The notes beneath the pieces are model-generated. The model was not told the DNA's origin. It saw nothing but the letters and a program-made list of their open reading frames with translations, and did no database searches. Of a DNA stretch of 32,000 bases, positions 1-10,259 are shown in pieces. The stretch is taken from the NCBI RefSeq assembly GCF_000011805.1, contig NC_006840.2; one strand, given 5' to 3'. Within the stretch, counting starts at the first letter, position 1. Every line of letters starts with the position of its first letter. Origin of the DNA: Aliivibrio fischeri ES114. Its GTDB lineage: Bacteria; Pseudomonadota; Gammaproteobacteria; Enterobacterales; Vibrionaceae. A program made the translations under genes and the position numbers.

Positions 1-35
1 TTACATAAATGCTATAATATGGTTATTAAATATGT

Positions 36-1334
36 TTGTGTAGAATTGTTAAAATGAAAGTAAGAATATATGATAATGTGATCTTTTTAGAAGAGCAAAA
101 TTGTATAAAAATAAATGAAGTGAAGCATTTAATAGAGGGGAAACAGTCAAGTTTATTAAGTTTTTTAATTAGAAATGAAGGGGTTGTCTTTTCAAAAGAA
201 GAAATTCTAGAAAAAGTATGGAAGAGTGTTGTTACAGATCAAGTTGTTGTCCAAGCCGTATTCAAATTAAGAAAATTATTTAAAGATAACAATCTCGAAT
301 CTCCAATAGTAACAATACCTCAAAAGGGATATTTGTATGAATCACGTACTATTAAGGAAGATAGTTCTTGGTTTAGAAAAATTAAAAGAAAAGTTAATTT
401 AAATAATATTTTTCTTACCATATTGATGGTATCTATATTTATGGTCGGCCTTTATTATTGTTCATTAGAAAAAGTTGAAGATAATCGCTGTGATACAATT
501 AATTGTAATAATATCGTATATGTGAAATATGATAAAATTTCTTCAGAGCAACAAGGGCTATTAAATTTTATTAATTGGCATTTTTCAGTCAATCATAATG
601 TTAATTTTTCATCTTCACTTGCTTTTAAAGAATTATCTTCAAGAGTTTTAGATATAGATTTTAAGAAAAATAAAATATCATTTTATGATGATAATTTAAA
701 AGGTGATTATTTTGAGATAGTTTACAGTGGTAAGATAAGTAAATCCGAATTTTTATTATTGATGATGAATTTAGAAGAAAGGATATTACTTGATTACGAA
801 CATGAAGAGCTGACATCATTTTATAATGGATTACCAAATGAAGCTGAAGCATTTAATCTGTTTCTATCCTCAATAGGGGACCCAAAAGGAGATTTATTTA
901 ATAAGTTTAATATAAAAAAGTTGGAGTTAGCTGCTAATGTTGATTTAGGTAATCAATATATATTTTCAATGGAATATATAGTGAAGTTATTTTACCTATA
1001 CGATATATATTATAAAGATCCTGTGCTCAAATTAAAGATAGAGAAATTAAATAATCACTTTCTATCTGACTTGAAAAATATAAAGGTAGAAAAATATAAT
1101 TATAAAACATATGAAGCTCTTGCTGCATATGAGTTATCCATTGGTAACCCGTATAAAGCACTAGAGTATTTAACTAATTTAGATTTGAAAGAAAAGACAT
1201 TATATGGACTTTTCTTAAAAGCTAAAACTGAAGAATTATTACAAGAAAAAGATATTTCTAATGCTAAGTACATGAAAATTTATGAAAATATTGGCAGTAG
1301 GAATTATAAAATAATGATGAAATCATTTAAATAA
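36..1334 (+). CDS. Transmembrane transcriptional regulator with N-terminal winged-helix (Trans_reg_C, ToxR/CadC-like) domain
   Basis: N-terminal 'LLSFLIRNEGVVFSKEEILEKVWKSVVTDQVVVQAVFKLRKLF...IVTIPQKGYLY' matches OmpR/ToxR winged-helix pattern, followed by TM segment 'IFLTILMVSIFMVGLYYC' and an uncharacterised C-terminal region. Confidence 0.85.
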   Translation: MCRIVKMKVRIYDNVIFLEEQNCIKINEVKHLIEGKQSSLLSFLIRNEGVVFSKEEILEKVWKSVVTDQVVVQAVFKLRKLFKDNNLESPIVTIPQKGYLYESRTIKEDSSWFRKIKRKVNLNNIFLTILMVSIFMVGLYYCSLEKVEDNRCDTINCNNIVYVKYDKISSEQQGLLNFINWHFSVNHNVNFSSSLAFKELSSRVLDIDFKKNKISFYDDNLKGDYFEIVYSGKISKSEFLLLMMNLEERILLDYEHEELTSFYNGLPNEAEAFNLFLSSIGDPKGDLFNKFNIKKLELAANVDLGNQYIFSMEYIVKLFYLYDIYYKDPVLKLKIEKLNNHFLSDLKNIKVEKYNYKTYEALAAYELSIGNPYKALEYLTNLDLKEKTLYGLFLKAKTEELLQEKDISNAKYMKIYENIGSRNYKIMMKSFK

Positions 1335-1348
1335 TATGGAGAGTAAAG

Positions 1349-3232
1349 GTGCTTTTAAAAAATAAGATTCTAGTATATTCATCGATATTGGTGGTGGTTG
1401 TTGCAACTTTATTAACAATGAATGGATATAGAGCATTTTATAATTTCAATGAAAAAGTAGCGATTGAGTCTATTAATGACCGTTCTAAATTGTTAGCATC
1501 TTCACTTGAGGAAAAAATAAATGGGTATTTTTCATCTTTAAATTCATTTTCTATTTATTTTAAAGATGATGGTAGTTTTGATGAAGAAGCTACTGCAAAA
1601 AGCTTAAAATTACTGGCTGAAGCTAATGATGTACAAAATGCATTTATTGGGTTTAAAGATGGAAAAGTATTTAGTATCGATGGAAATTTATCTAATTTAA
1701 ATGCAAAAGAATCAAGAAGAGAGTGGTATACAAAGATCTTCTCTGGTGAAGATAGAGTAATAACCAAAGTATATAAAGATGCTAATAACCTAAATGTATT
1801 TGCGTTTGCCGTTCCTATTTTAAATAATAATAAAGAAATAATTGCTACTGTTGCATTTGGTATTAAACAAGATACTTTGAATGAAGCAATGTTAAAGCTG
1901 TCAAATAAGAACCAGATTTATACATTCATACACGATGGATATATTATCACTGCACAGAATAAAGAAAATATTGGTAAAAATATCAATGTTCTTGCTAAAG
2001 GCTTAGATGATTATAATGGAGATTATGTTAGGCTTTTTGATAAGAATAAAAATGATTATTTTATTGCATCTAATACTAAAATTGAAAAATATAATTTAAC
2101 AATATCTGTATATGAGTATGAAGATGATATTTATAATGCCAGCAAAAATATGTTTTTTGATTCTATACTAATTCTTTCTGCATTATTAATGATTATGTTG
2201 CCTATTATCTATTATGGAGTTATTTATTTAATCTACAAACCTATTGGAGGTGAACCAGTCAGAATATCTGAAATTTTATCTAATATTGCTAATGGTGATT
2301 TATCTCAACCATTAAGGTCTTCTGATAAAGATACTGGAATTTATCGCTCAGTTACTCTATTAGCTCGTAAGATGTCTGAAATTGTGACAAATAGCCATTC
2401 GATTTCCAATAATGTTTCAGCGGCAACAGAAGAAGTTTCTGTTGTTATGTTAGATACCGCTCAAAATGCTCAAAATGAACTTGCTCAAGTAGAAGAGATT
2501 TCAACAGCAATTAGTGAACTGTCCAGTACATCAAAAGAAGTCACTAAAAATGCAACTTATGCTGAAAATGAAGTTGCAAAGGCTAAAAACAGTGTATTAA
2601 ATGGACGTAAAGCAATTAAAGATAAGCTTGATAAAACTAATGGTATTCATGATTCAATACAAGTTACGGTACAACTTATTTCAGAGTTAAAGACTGATAC
2701 ACTTAATATTAGTGAAGTTACTGATGTAATAGATTCTATATCAGAACAGACTAATTTACTTGCATTGAATGCAGCAATTGAAGCGGCAAGAGCGGGTGAT
2801 GCTGGTCGAGGTTTTGCTGTTGTAGCAGATGAAGTTAGGACTCTAGCCGCAAAAACACAAGACTCAACACTTCATATTCAAAATATTATTACTAAACTGC
2901 AGTCGCAAGCAGAAAAAGTAAACGACAATATTATGCTGAATGTCGATGTCATTAAAGAATCGATGGGTTTGGCTAAAAATGTCCAAACTGCTTTTACACA
3001 GATTTCAGATTCAGTTGATAATATATCGGATATCAGTACGTTAGTTGCTACAGCATCGCAAGAACAACTTCACGTAACAGAAGAGATTGCTCAAAACACA
3101 ATACGAACGTTTGATCTAGTTACTCAAAATGTATCAGCAATTAATCAAACACAACAAGCTACCAAAGAAGTATCGAAGTTAGCTGTTGCGCAAAAAACAG
3201 AATTAGATTTCTTTAAAGTTGCTTCATCATAA
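1349..3232 (+). CDS. Methyl-accepting chemotaxis protein (dCache-like sensor, HAMP, MCP signalling domain), GTG start
   Basis: Two TM segments, periplasmic 'ESRREWYTKIFSGEDRVITKVYKDANNLNVFAFAVPI' cache-like motif, hairpin tip '[37 protein letters not shown]'; GTG codon preceded by GGAGAG. Confidence 0.95.
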   Translation: MLLKNKILVYSSILVVVVATLLTMNGYRAFYNFNEKVAIESINDRSKLLASSLEEKINGYFSSLNSFSIYFKDDGSFDEEATAKSLKLLAEANDVQNAFIGFKDGKVFSIDGNLSNLNAKESRREWYTKIFSGEDRVITKVYKDANNLNVFAFAVPILNNNKEIIATVAFGIKQDTLNEAMLKLSNKNQIYTFIHDGYIITAQNKENIGKNINVLAKGLDDYNGDYVRLFDKNKNDYFIASNTKIEKYNLTISVYEYEDDIYNASKNMFFDSILILSALLMIMLPIIYYGVIYLIYKPIGGEPVRISEILSNIANGDLSQPLRSSDKDTGIYRSVTLLARKMSEIVTNSHSISNNVSAATEEVSVVMLDTAQNAQNELAQVEEISTAISELSSTSKEVTKNATYAENEVAKAKNSVLNGRKAIKDKLDKTNGIHDSIQVTVQLISELKTDTLNISEVTDVIDSISEQTNLLALNAAIEAARAGDAGRGFAVVADEVRTLAAKTQDSTLHIQNIITKLQSQAEKVNDNIMLNVDVIKESMGLAKNVQTAFTQISDSVDNISDISTLVATASQEQLHVTEEIAQNTIRTFDLVTQNVSAINQTQQATKEVSKLAVAQKTELDFFKVASS

Positions 3233-3262
3233 TAATCATAGTGCAGCTGTTATCAATATCAA

Positions 3263-3296
3263 AGGCCTCACAGGTAGCACTGTGAGGCCTTTTTTT
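3263..3296 (+). terminator. Rho-independent terminator downstream of MCP
   Basis: aggcctcaca-ggtagcac-tgtgaggcct followed by tttttt: 10-bp perfect stem plus T tract. Confidence 0.9.
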
Positions 3297-3374
3297 ATGA
3301 AAAATCAGACACCTCTGGTATAGCAACAAGAAAAGAGTACAATGCACGCAATTCTCATATTGTTAGGAAAGCTT

Positions 3375-3914
3375 GTGGCTCTTAAACCAACCATCTATAA
3401 ATTTCGTGTCGCTTTAACAGACATGAATCGTGATCATTATGATTCATTGAATTTGACGATTGCTCAGCACCCTTCAGAAAACACTGAGCGCATGATGGCA
3501 CGTGTATTGGCGTTTTGCTTAAATGCAAGAGAAGGTCTGGTCTTCACTAAAGGGCTATCAGAAGTTGATGAACCTGATATTTGGGTTCGTGAATATGATG
3601 ATTCTGTTTCACTATGGATTGATGCCGGTGAGCCAGATGCGGATCGCATGAAAAAAGCAACGCGTCAGTCAAAAGAAACCAAAGTTTATAGCTTCAACTC
3701 AAAGTCAGAAGTGTGGTGGAAACAAAACCAAAGTAAATTTTCCGCTTACTCAGTAGATGTTGTGCGTTTTGATTGGGAACAAATTCATGCGTTTGCCGCA
3801 TTACTGCAAAGAACGATGGATATTTCAGTGATGATCACAGGTGATTCTGCATTTATTTCAACTGAGCAGGGCGAGTGTGAAGTTACTTGGGAAACCCTAC
3901 AATCAGTAGAATAA
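3375..3914 (+). CDS. yaeQ: YaeQ family protein (ORF track starts at 3342; GTG at 3375 gives the conserved N-terminus)
   Basis: '(V)ALKPTIYKFRVALTDMNRDHYDSLNLTIAQHPSENTERMMARVLAFCLNA' matches YaeQ family; GTG at 3375 corresponds to the usual MALK... start. Confidence 0.9.
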   Translation: MALKPTIYKFRVALTDMNRDHYDSLNLTIAQHPSENTERMMARVLAFCLNAREGLVFTKGLSEVDEPDIWVREYDDSVSLWIDAGEPDADRMKKATRQSKETKVYSFNSKSEVWWKQNQSKFSAYSVDVVRFDWEQIHAFAALLQRTMDISVMITGDSAFISTEQGECEVTWETLQSVE

Positions 3915-3970
3915 GTGATTTAGATTCATTTATTTGATTTTACTGTTTCAGTAATTAAATCTGGTTCATA

Positions 3971-4007
3971 ATGCCTTCTGTTTAGCCTTTATTCAGAAGG
4001 CATTTTT
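3971..4007 (+). terminator. Rho-independent terminator (after yaeQ)
   Basis: atgccttctg ... cagaaggcat followed by tttttt. Confidence 0.75.
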
Positions 4008-4023
4008 TATGGAGCCGACTTTG

Positions 4024-4737
4024 ATGGATCTTGGTTTATTATCTGCAATGTTCCTTATATTTATAGGATCATTTGTCCAAAGTGCGATTGGTTTTGGACT
4101 TGCTATTGTTACTGCGCCACTGCTATTTTTAATTTCTCCTGATTACGTTCCTGCCCCAATAGTAATTGTCGGTTTATTCTTATCTATTATTAATGCCTAT
4201 AAACATAAAGCGAATGTGTCTTTTCGAGGTTTAGGGTACGCATTTTTAGGTCGGATTCCCGGCTCCATATTTGGTGGTTTACTGCTTTATTACGTAGATG
4301 CAAAACTGCTGTCTCTTTGGATTGGTGTGGTTGTATTACTTGCTGTTGCGATTAGCCTGCTTCCATTTCGTATTGAACCAAATAATTCAAGAATGACGAT
4401 TGCAGGGTTTTTCTCTGGTCTATTCGGTACCAGTTCAGGCATTGGAGGCCCTCCAATGGCCTTGTTATTACAGCATCAAGAAGCAAACCTTATTCGAGCT
4501 AACTTATCTGCTTTCTTTGTTGTGAGTAGTTTTATTTCTCTTGCTGTGCAAGTACCTGCGGGATACATGAGCTTGAACCATTTATATCTTACGTTGCCAT
4601 TACTTCCCGCTTCGGTTATCGGTTATCTGGTCGCAATGAAAGTGGTAGATAAAATTGATAAAAGCACCATCAGAAAAGTATCATTAGTGATGTGCTCTAT
4701 CTCTGGTATTGCTGCGATAGTATTAGGAATGAGGTGA
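4024..4737 (+). CDS. TauE/SafE family sulfite exporter / membrane permease (ORF track starts at 4009; ATG at 4024 has GGAG at 4012-4015)
   Basis: 'GSFVQSAIGFGLAIVTAPLLFLISPDYVPAPIVIVGL' and 'GFFSGLFGTSSGIGGPPMALLLQHQ' duplicated-core TauE/SafE motifs. Confidence 0.88.
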   Translation: MDLGLLSAMFLIFIGSFVQSAIGFGLAIVTAPLLFLISPDYVPAPIVIVGLFLSIINAYKHKANVSFRGLGYAFLGRIPGSIFGGLLLYYVDAKLLSLWIGVVVLLAVAISLLPFRIEPNNSRMTIAGFFSGLFGTSSGIGGPPMALLLQHQEANLIRANLSAFFVVSSFISLAVQVPAGYMSLNHLYLTLPLLPASVIGYLVAMKVVDKIDKSTIRKVSLVMCSISGIAAIVLGMR

Positions 4738-4911
4738 ATACCTTAACTTGCATTGTTAATTCAATATAGTGTGGTGTTAATAAAAATATCTATTGACCTG
4801 TCTAAAGCTTCATAGTCTATGCTTTATCAAGTAAACGGAAGGCGTTTTATTTCAAATGATTTATTTGAAGTGGTGTGCCTTCAAAAACGGTTTAAAACAT
4901 TAGAGATAGAC

Positions 4912-5421
4912 ATGAAATTTAGAATAGAAAAAGAATCCGATCATAAAGCAATTGAAAACATAACTTATAAAGCGTTTGAAAACCACCCGCATCATGCCCC
5001 GGGTGCAAAACCAACAGAGCATAAAATCATTGAACGATTACGTGAGAATAATGCACTTACTCTGTCACTTGTGGCTGAGAAGGGTGACACCATCATTGGG
5101 CATATTGCATTTTCACCTGTATTAATTAATGGCAAGGACTCGAAATGGTACGGTTTAGGGCCTGTTTCGGTATTACCTGAGCATCAAAGTGAAGGTATTG
5201 GTTCACGTTTAATTCGTTTAGGTCTTGAACAATTAATCGAGCAAGGTGCGGAAGGGGCTGTGTTACTTGGTGAACCAGAATATTATCAACGATTTGGCTT
5301 TAAATCGGATGAAAAATTAATACTAGAAGGCGTACCTGCTGAGTATTTCTTAAGTCTGCCATTAACAGAAATTGAAATGCCTCAGGGTGAAGTTAATTAT
5401 CATCCGGCGTTCTTTGAATAA
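4912..5421 (+). CDS. GNAT family N-acetyltransferase (ORF track start 4819; homology-like start at Met 4912)
   Basis: 'MKFRIEKESDHKAIENITYKAFENHPH...GLGPVSVLPEHQSEGIGSRLIRLGLEQL...GAVLLGEPEYYQRFGF' is a GNAT acetyl-CoA binding pattern. Confidence 0.85.
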   Translation: MKFRIEKESDHKAIENITYKAFENHPHHAPGAKPTEHKIIERLRENNALTLSLVAEKGDTIIGHIAFSPVLINGKDSKWYGLGPVSVLPEHQSEGIGSRLIRLGLEQLIEQGAEGAVLLGEPEYYQRFGFKSDEKLILEGVPAEYFLSLPLTEIEMPQGEVNYHPAFFE

Positions 5422-5450
5422 TGAGAGCCGTTAATTAGTTATATTGACAT

Positions 5451-5479
5451 AAAAAAACCGCTGGAAGTTCAGCGGTTTT
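5451..5479. terminator. Bidirectional Rho-independent terminator between the convergent GNAT and BCCT genes
   Basis: aaaaaaaccgctg-gaagtt-cagcggtttttt, A and T tracts on both sides. Confidence 0.88.
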
Positions 5480-5509
5480 TTCATATTTAGCATTTGAGTT
5501 AATGCAAGT

Positions 5510-7462
5510 TTAGCTTGGCGTGTTCAATCTTGTTTTGATCGCCAATTTTGCTTCTTCATTTGCTTGTAGTGTTTCTTCTTCAACTTTCTGACGCATCAGT
5601 GCATCAAAGGCAACACGTGCTTCTTGAGCAAGCTCAGACGCTGCTAATTTCGCTTCTTTAGCATTTGTCGAGTCATCAGTTAGTTGACGTAATTTTTCAA
5701 TGATCTCATCAGGCGCATCACCTAAATCAACACTTGATTCACCACGAGCTAATGCTTCTTTACGTAATTGTTTTTTCAGCATCCAAATAGCATCGTTCGC
5801 TTCACGCTCAAGATCAGCTGCTTCAATTGCGTTATCACGTAACTGTTCAAAGCGTGCCAATGCTTGGCCTTCTTTGCTCCATGGATCAACATCTGGTAAG
5901 TCAGAAATGTTGATAACAGGATCAACGTAATTATCTTGGTGTGATAAATCCAGCATGGCTGCTTTAACACCAGAGATCATTAGCATGATAGCGATAACTA
6001 ATAGTGGTAAACCACCAACAATCGCTGCCGTTTGTAGTGTTGCCAAGCCGCCCATAAACATCAATGCAGATGGCATGAATGATAGAGTGAAAGCCCAGAA
6101 CAGACGGTTCCAACGCATTGGATCTTCAGTTACGTTCGTTTGTACTACTGACGCTAAAATGTAAGAGATAGAGTCAAACGTTGTTGCAGTGAAAATCACA
6201 CATAACAAAGTAAACACAGCAATCACAAAAGTGCTGAATGGCAGTTGTTCTAAAACAGAGAAGATAGCACGAGTTGCGCCTTCGCTATTAAGAATACCAA
6301 CAACGTCTAATTCACCAGATAATTGCAGTGATAAACCGTAGTTGCCAAGGATGATGAAGTACATTGCACAGCCTAAAGAGCCGAAGAATACTGCACCTGA
6401 AACCATCTGTTTAATCGTTCTTCCGCGTGAAATACGCGCAACGAACAGACCCATACTTGGTGCAAATACTAGCCACCATGCCCAGTAGAAAATCGTCCAG
6501 TCTTGTGGGAAGTGTGTATCCGCAAAGGTACCCATGCCGCCAAACGGTTCAGCCCATGTCGCCATTACAAAGAAGTTAGATAGCATACGACCGATTGAGT
6601 CTAAGCCTGTTTCCAACATAAAGATGGTTGGACCGCAAACTAATACAAACAGCAGTAAACCTAACGCACCCCAGAAGTTAATATTACTTAAAATCTTAAT
6701 GCCTTTGTCCATACCCATGTACGATGAGTAAGCAAAGATAGCGGTACAAACCATAAGTACTAAAATCTGGCTACCTGTTGTTGCAGGAATACCAAATAGG
6801 TAGCTAATACCTTCGTTGATAAGTGGTGCTGCTAAACCTAAGGTTGTTGCTGCGCCGCCCAATAGACCGAAGATAAACAATACATCAATAACTTTACCCA
6901 GTTTACCAAAGCTGTTTGCTTCGCCAATAACAGGCATTAAAGCAGCAGATACTTTTAGTACAGGTTGTTTACGTACGTAGAAGAAGTAAGCAATTGGAAT
7001 TGCAGGGATCATATAGATACACCAAGCAATTGGACCCCAGTGGAAAAGACCATAAGTCGCCGCCCAACGTACTGCTTCCTCACTGCCAGCTTCTAATTGA
7101 AACGGAGGGTTTTGGTAGTAGTATGCCCATTCAATCGTACCCCAGTACAAAATACTGGCACCGATACCACCACAAAATAGCATAGCCGCCCAAGACGCAA
7201 GTGCAAATTCAGGCTTTTCATCTGGATCACCCAGTTTGATTTGGCCGATATCAGAGAACACGATGTAGATCATGAAGAAAAATGCCGCTAAACCTAGCCC
7301 TAAATATGCAAAGCCCAGTTTGTCGGTCATAAATGTTTTAGCTACGGCAATCCACTCGGCACCTTCTGCTGGGAATACCAGTAAAGGAACTACAACCGCA
7401 CAAAGCAGTAAGATTGCGCCGAAAAAGGTGGGTTTATCGATAAGCTCGAAGTGTTTTTTCAT
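5510..7462 (-). CDS. BCCT family (betaine/carnitine/choline) transporter with ~120-aa C-terminal charged extension
   Basis: 'FGFG'-type BCCT topology, 'ASWAAMLFCGGIGASILYWGTIEWAYY', 'FYWAWWLVFAPSMGLFVARISRGRTIKQ', Ala/Glu-rich cytoplasmic tail. Confidence 0.93.
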   Translation of the reverse strand: MKKHFELIDKPTFFGAILLLCAVVVPLLVFPAEGAEWIAVAKTFMTDKLGFAYLGLGLAAFFFMIYIVFSDIGQIKLGDPDEKPEFALASWAAMLFCGGIGASILYWGTIEWAYYYQNPPFQLEAGSEEAVRWAATYGLFHWGPIAWCIYMIPAIPIAYFFYVRKQPVLKVSAALMPVIGEANSFGKLGKVIDVLFIFGLLGGAATTLGLAAPLINEGISYLFGIPATTGSQILVLMVCTAIFAYSSYMGMDKGIKILSNINFWGALGLLLFVLVCGPTIFMLETGLDSIGRMLSNFFVMATWAEPFGGMGTFADTHFPQDWTIFYWAWWLVFAPSMGLFVARISRGRTIKQMVSGAVFFGSLGCAMYFIILGNYGLSLQLSGELDVVGILNSEGATRAIFSVLEQLPFSTFVIAVFTLLCVIFTATTFDSISYILASVVQTNVTEDPMRWNRLFWAFTLSFMPSALMFMGGLATLQTAAIVGGLPLLVIAIMLMISGVKAAMLDLSHQDNYVDPVINISDLPDVDPWSKEGQALARFEQLRDNAIEAADLEREANDAIWMLKKQLRKEALARGESSVDLGDAPDEIIEKLRQLTDDSTNAKEAKLAASELAQEARVAFDALMRQKVEEETLQANEEAKLAIKTRLNTPS

Positions 7463-7913
7463 TTTTATTGTCCGTAATAAAAACAGATTTAATTAAGTGC
7501 GCGCACCAATAATTCCCCGTGCTGAGGGAATTCAGACGGGTTCAACTTAAATTAATAGAGTATAAATATTGTGTGCGGACGTATTTTTGTAAGTAATGTA
7601 ATGCTCGAAAAATATTCAGATCACGATTAACCTGAATCGACGATAAAATAGAGCGAATTTGTCAATATGTCGACAAACTTATTTCTTTATTTTATAAAAA
7701 ACGTGATCTAGATATCATAAAAATAAATTACGAAAAATCGCTGTTTAATAAACATTCTAAACGAATAAAAAGTGTCAATGATTGGTTTTGATTGAACCTT
7801 AATGCTCTCGGTATCAATAACTAGTCTTAAACCACCAAACAGTTGCATTCCTATTTTTAATGGGCGTATTCTACAAACAGATAACACAAACTAATTATAA
7901 ATAGGGATGCATT

Positions 7914-9950
7914 ATGATTTATCCTTTCACAAAACAAGACTCAACTGTTGACCACTATTTTTCACATGCTATTGCTGATCCATACCGTTGGCTTGAAGAT
8001 GACAGAAGTGAAGAAACAGAAGCGTGGGTGAATAAACAAAATGACGTCACTTTCGATTACCTTTCTCACATTGATTTTCGTGACGATATCCGAGATTTAA
8101 TCGCAAAAGGTCAGGATTACCAAAAAACGTCACAACCATTTAAGCGTGGTGAATACACCTATTTTTATCAAAATGATGGCTTACAAAATCAGAGTGTTCT
8201 GTATCGCTCAAAAGAAGGGAAGGACGTTGAGGTTTTTCTTGATCCAAATACGTTCAGCGAAGAGGGGACGACTTCTTTAAGTGTCGTTAGTTTTTCAAAA
8301 GATGCTTCATTAGTCGCGTATTCGATTTCAGAAGCGGGCAGTGATTGGCGCAAAATCATCGTATTAGATGCTGAAACCAAAGAGCAAATTGAAGCGCCAA
8401 TTGTCGATGCTAAATTTACTGGTATTTCATGGTTAGGTTCAAAAGGCTTTTACTACTCAAGCTATGATAAGCCAGAAGGCAGTGAATTATCAGCAAGAAC
8501 AGAGCAACATAAACTCTATTTTCATGAGATAGGCAAACCACAAGCCGACGATGTTTTGGTGTTTGGTGGAAGTGAAGAAGAAAAACATCGGTATGTCAGT
8601 GGCTATACAACGGAAGATGATGCGTATTTAGTGATCTCAGCATCTACATCAACATCGGGTAATAAACTGTTTATCGAACCATTAAACAGAGACAGTTCAT
8701 ATCGATTAACGGTGCTTGATCATACGGATTCAGATACCTATGTGATTGAGAATGAAGACACACACCTGCTGATGTTTACGAACCTAAATGCACCTAATGG
8801 CAAAGTGGTATCTTATGATGTTGTTACCGGTGAGTGGACTGACATTATCCCTGAACAACCACAGCCATTAGATATAAGCGTTGGTGGCGGTACCTTGTTT
8901 GCGACTTATATGGTTGATGTACTGAGCCAAGTGAAGCAATACGATTTTTCAGGCAATCTATTACGCGAAATTGAACTACCGGGTGAAGGCCAAGCAACGG
9001 GGTTCTCAGGTAAAAGAGAACAAACCGATCTATTCTTTACCTTTACTAACTACGTTACACCACCAACGATTTATCAATTTGATGTAAAAACCGGCGAGAC
9101 AGAACTGTATTTAGCGTCTGCTTCCCCTTTTGACTCGGAGAAGTTTGAATCGAAACAAGTGTTTTATACATCAAAAGACGGTACGCAAATTCCAATGCTT
9201 ATCTCTTATCGTAAAGGCATTGAGCTTGATGGCAGTAACCCAACGATTCTATATGGATATGGTGGTTTTAATGTCAGCTTAACACCAAACTTTAGTGGCG
9301 TAATGGCCAGTTGGTTAGAGCTTGGCGGTGTGTATGCAATTCCCAATATTCGCGGTGGTGGTGAATATGGAAAAGAGTGGCATAAGGCAGGAACACAGCA
9401 ACAAAAACAAAATGTATTTGATGACTTTATTGCTGCTGCCGAATTTTTAATCGCAGAAAAATATACCGACTCATCACGTTTGGCAATTCGTGGTGGTTCA
9501 AACGGTGGATTACTGGTTGGTGCGTGCATGACTCAGCGACCAGAACTATTTAAAGTTGCTCTGCCAGCGGTTGGTGTTCTGGATATGCTTCGTTATCACA
9601 CCTTTACTTCTGGTGAAGGTTGGGCGTATGACTACGGTACTTCAGAGCAAAGTGAAGAGATGTTTAACTATCTATTAAACTATTCACCAGTGCATAACGT
9701 GAAAGAGGGCGTTGAATACCCTGCAACATTGGTAACAACCGCTGATCATGATGATCGTGTTGTTCCTGCTCACTCTTATAAGTTTATTTCTGAGCTGCAA
9801 GCCAAGCAATCAGGCGATAACCCTGTGTTAATCCGCATCGATGTTAATGCCGGTCATGGTGCAGGTATGCCAATATCGAAATCAATGGATTTAATGGCGG
9901 ATGTTTACGCATTTACCTTAAGTAATATGAAGGTGAATCCGTTTGAGTAA
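7914..9950 (+). CDS. Prolyl oligopeptidase family serine peptidase (S9A-like)
   Basis: 'VDHYFSHAIADPYRWLEDDRSEETEAWVNKQN' N-terminus, 'YGYGGFNVSLTPNFS', catalytic 'LAIRGGSNGGLLVGACMTQRPELF', 'TADHDDRVVPAHSYKF', 'NAGHGAG'. Confidence 0.95.
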   Translation: MIYPFTKQDSTVDHYFSHAIADPYRWLEDDRSEETEAWVNKQNDVTFDYLSHIDFRDDIRDLIAKGQDYQKTSQPFKRGEYTYFYQNDGLQNQSVLYRSKEGKDVEVFLDPNTFSEEGTTSLSVVSFSKDASLVAYSISEAGSDWRKIIVLDAETKEQIEAPIVDAKFTGISWLGSKGFYYSSYDKPEGSELSARTEQHKLYFHEIGKPQADDVLVFGGSEEEKHRYVSGYTTEDDAYLVISASTSTSGNKLFIEPLNRDSSYRLTVLDHTDSDTYVIENEDTHLLMFTNLNAPNGKVVSYDVVTGEWTDIIPEQPQPLDISVGGGTLFATYMVDVLSQVKQYDFSGNLLREIELPGEGQATGFSGKREQTDLFFTFTNYVTPPTIYQFDVKTGETELYLASASPFDSEKFESKQVFYTSKDGTQIPMLISYRKGIELDGSNPTILYGYGGFNVSLTPNFSGVMASWLELGGVYAIPNIRGGGEYGKEWHKAGTQQQKQNVFDDFIAAAEFLIAEKYTDSSRLAIRGGSNGGLLVGACMTQRPELFKVALPAVGVLDMLRYHTFTSGEGWAYDYGTSEQSEEMFNYLLNYSPVHNVKEGVEYPATLVTTADHDDRVVPAHSYKFISELQAKQSGDNPVLIRIDVNAGHGAGMPISKSMDLMADVYAFTLSNMKVNPFE

Positions 9951-10015
9951 ATGAGTCAATTTGGTTTTGTTTATCTTTCAATAAATTAACAATATAGCGT
10001 TTATCAATAATGTAG

Positions 10016-10044
10016 AGCCACATGCAGAATTGTGTGTGGCTTTT
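10016..10044 (+). terminator. Probable terminator downstream of the S9 peptidase
   Basis: agccacatgc-agaatt-gtgtgtggct-tttat; imperfect stem and short T tract. Confidence 0.45.
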
Positions 10045-10259
10045 ATGTGTTATTTAAATAATCTTTAAATTCAAATGGTTATATTGATGCTATTAACAAT
10101 GTTTTATTACAGAAAAATAAAGCTGGAGTTACATAACAGTAATTAAAACTATGATGTGTTGTCGATCGCATTGATGTTTATTTTTTGTTGGTAATGTTAT
10201 TTAATTGATAAAAAATACATCCGTACTATATAAATTACCCCAATATATACGGAGATATT

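Noticed and set aside
661-852. Small antisense ORF, and the others in the track (e.g. 1555-1767, 5700-5930, 9206-9529, 13545-13817, 17695-18273, 21834-22358, 23967-24284, 30439-31074)
   Set aside because: They overlap well-supported genes on the opposite strand, have no recognisable domains and are typical shadow ORFs.
9206-9529. 107-aa antisense ORF inside the peptidase gene
   Set aside because: Proline/serine-rich shadow of a conserved catalytic region; no SD or domain evidence.
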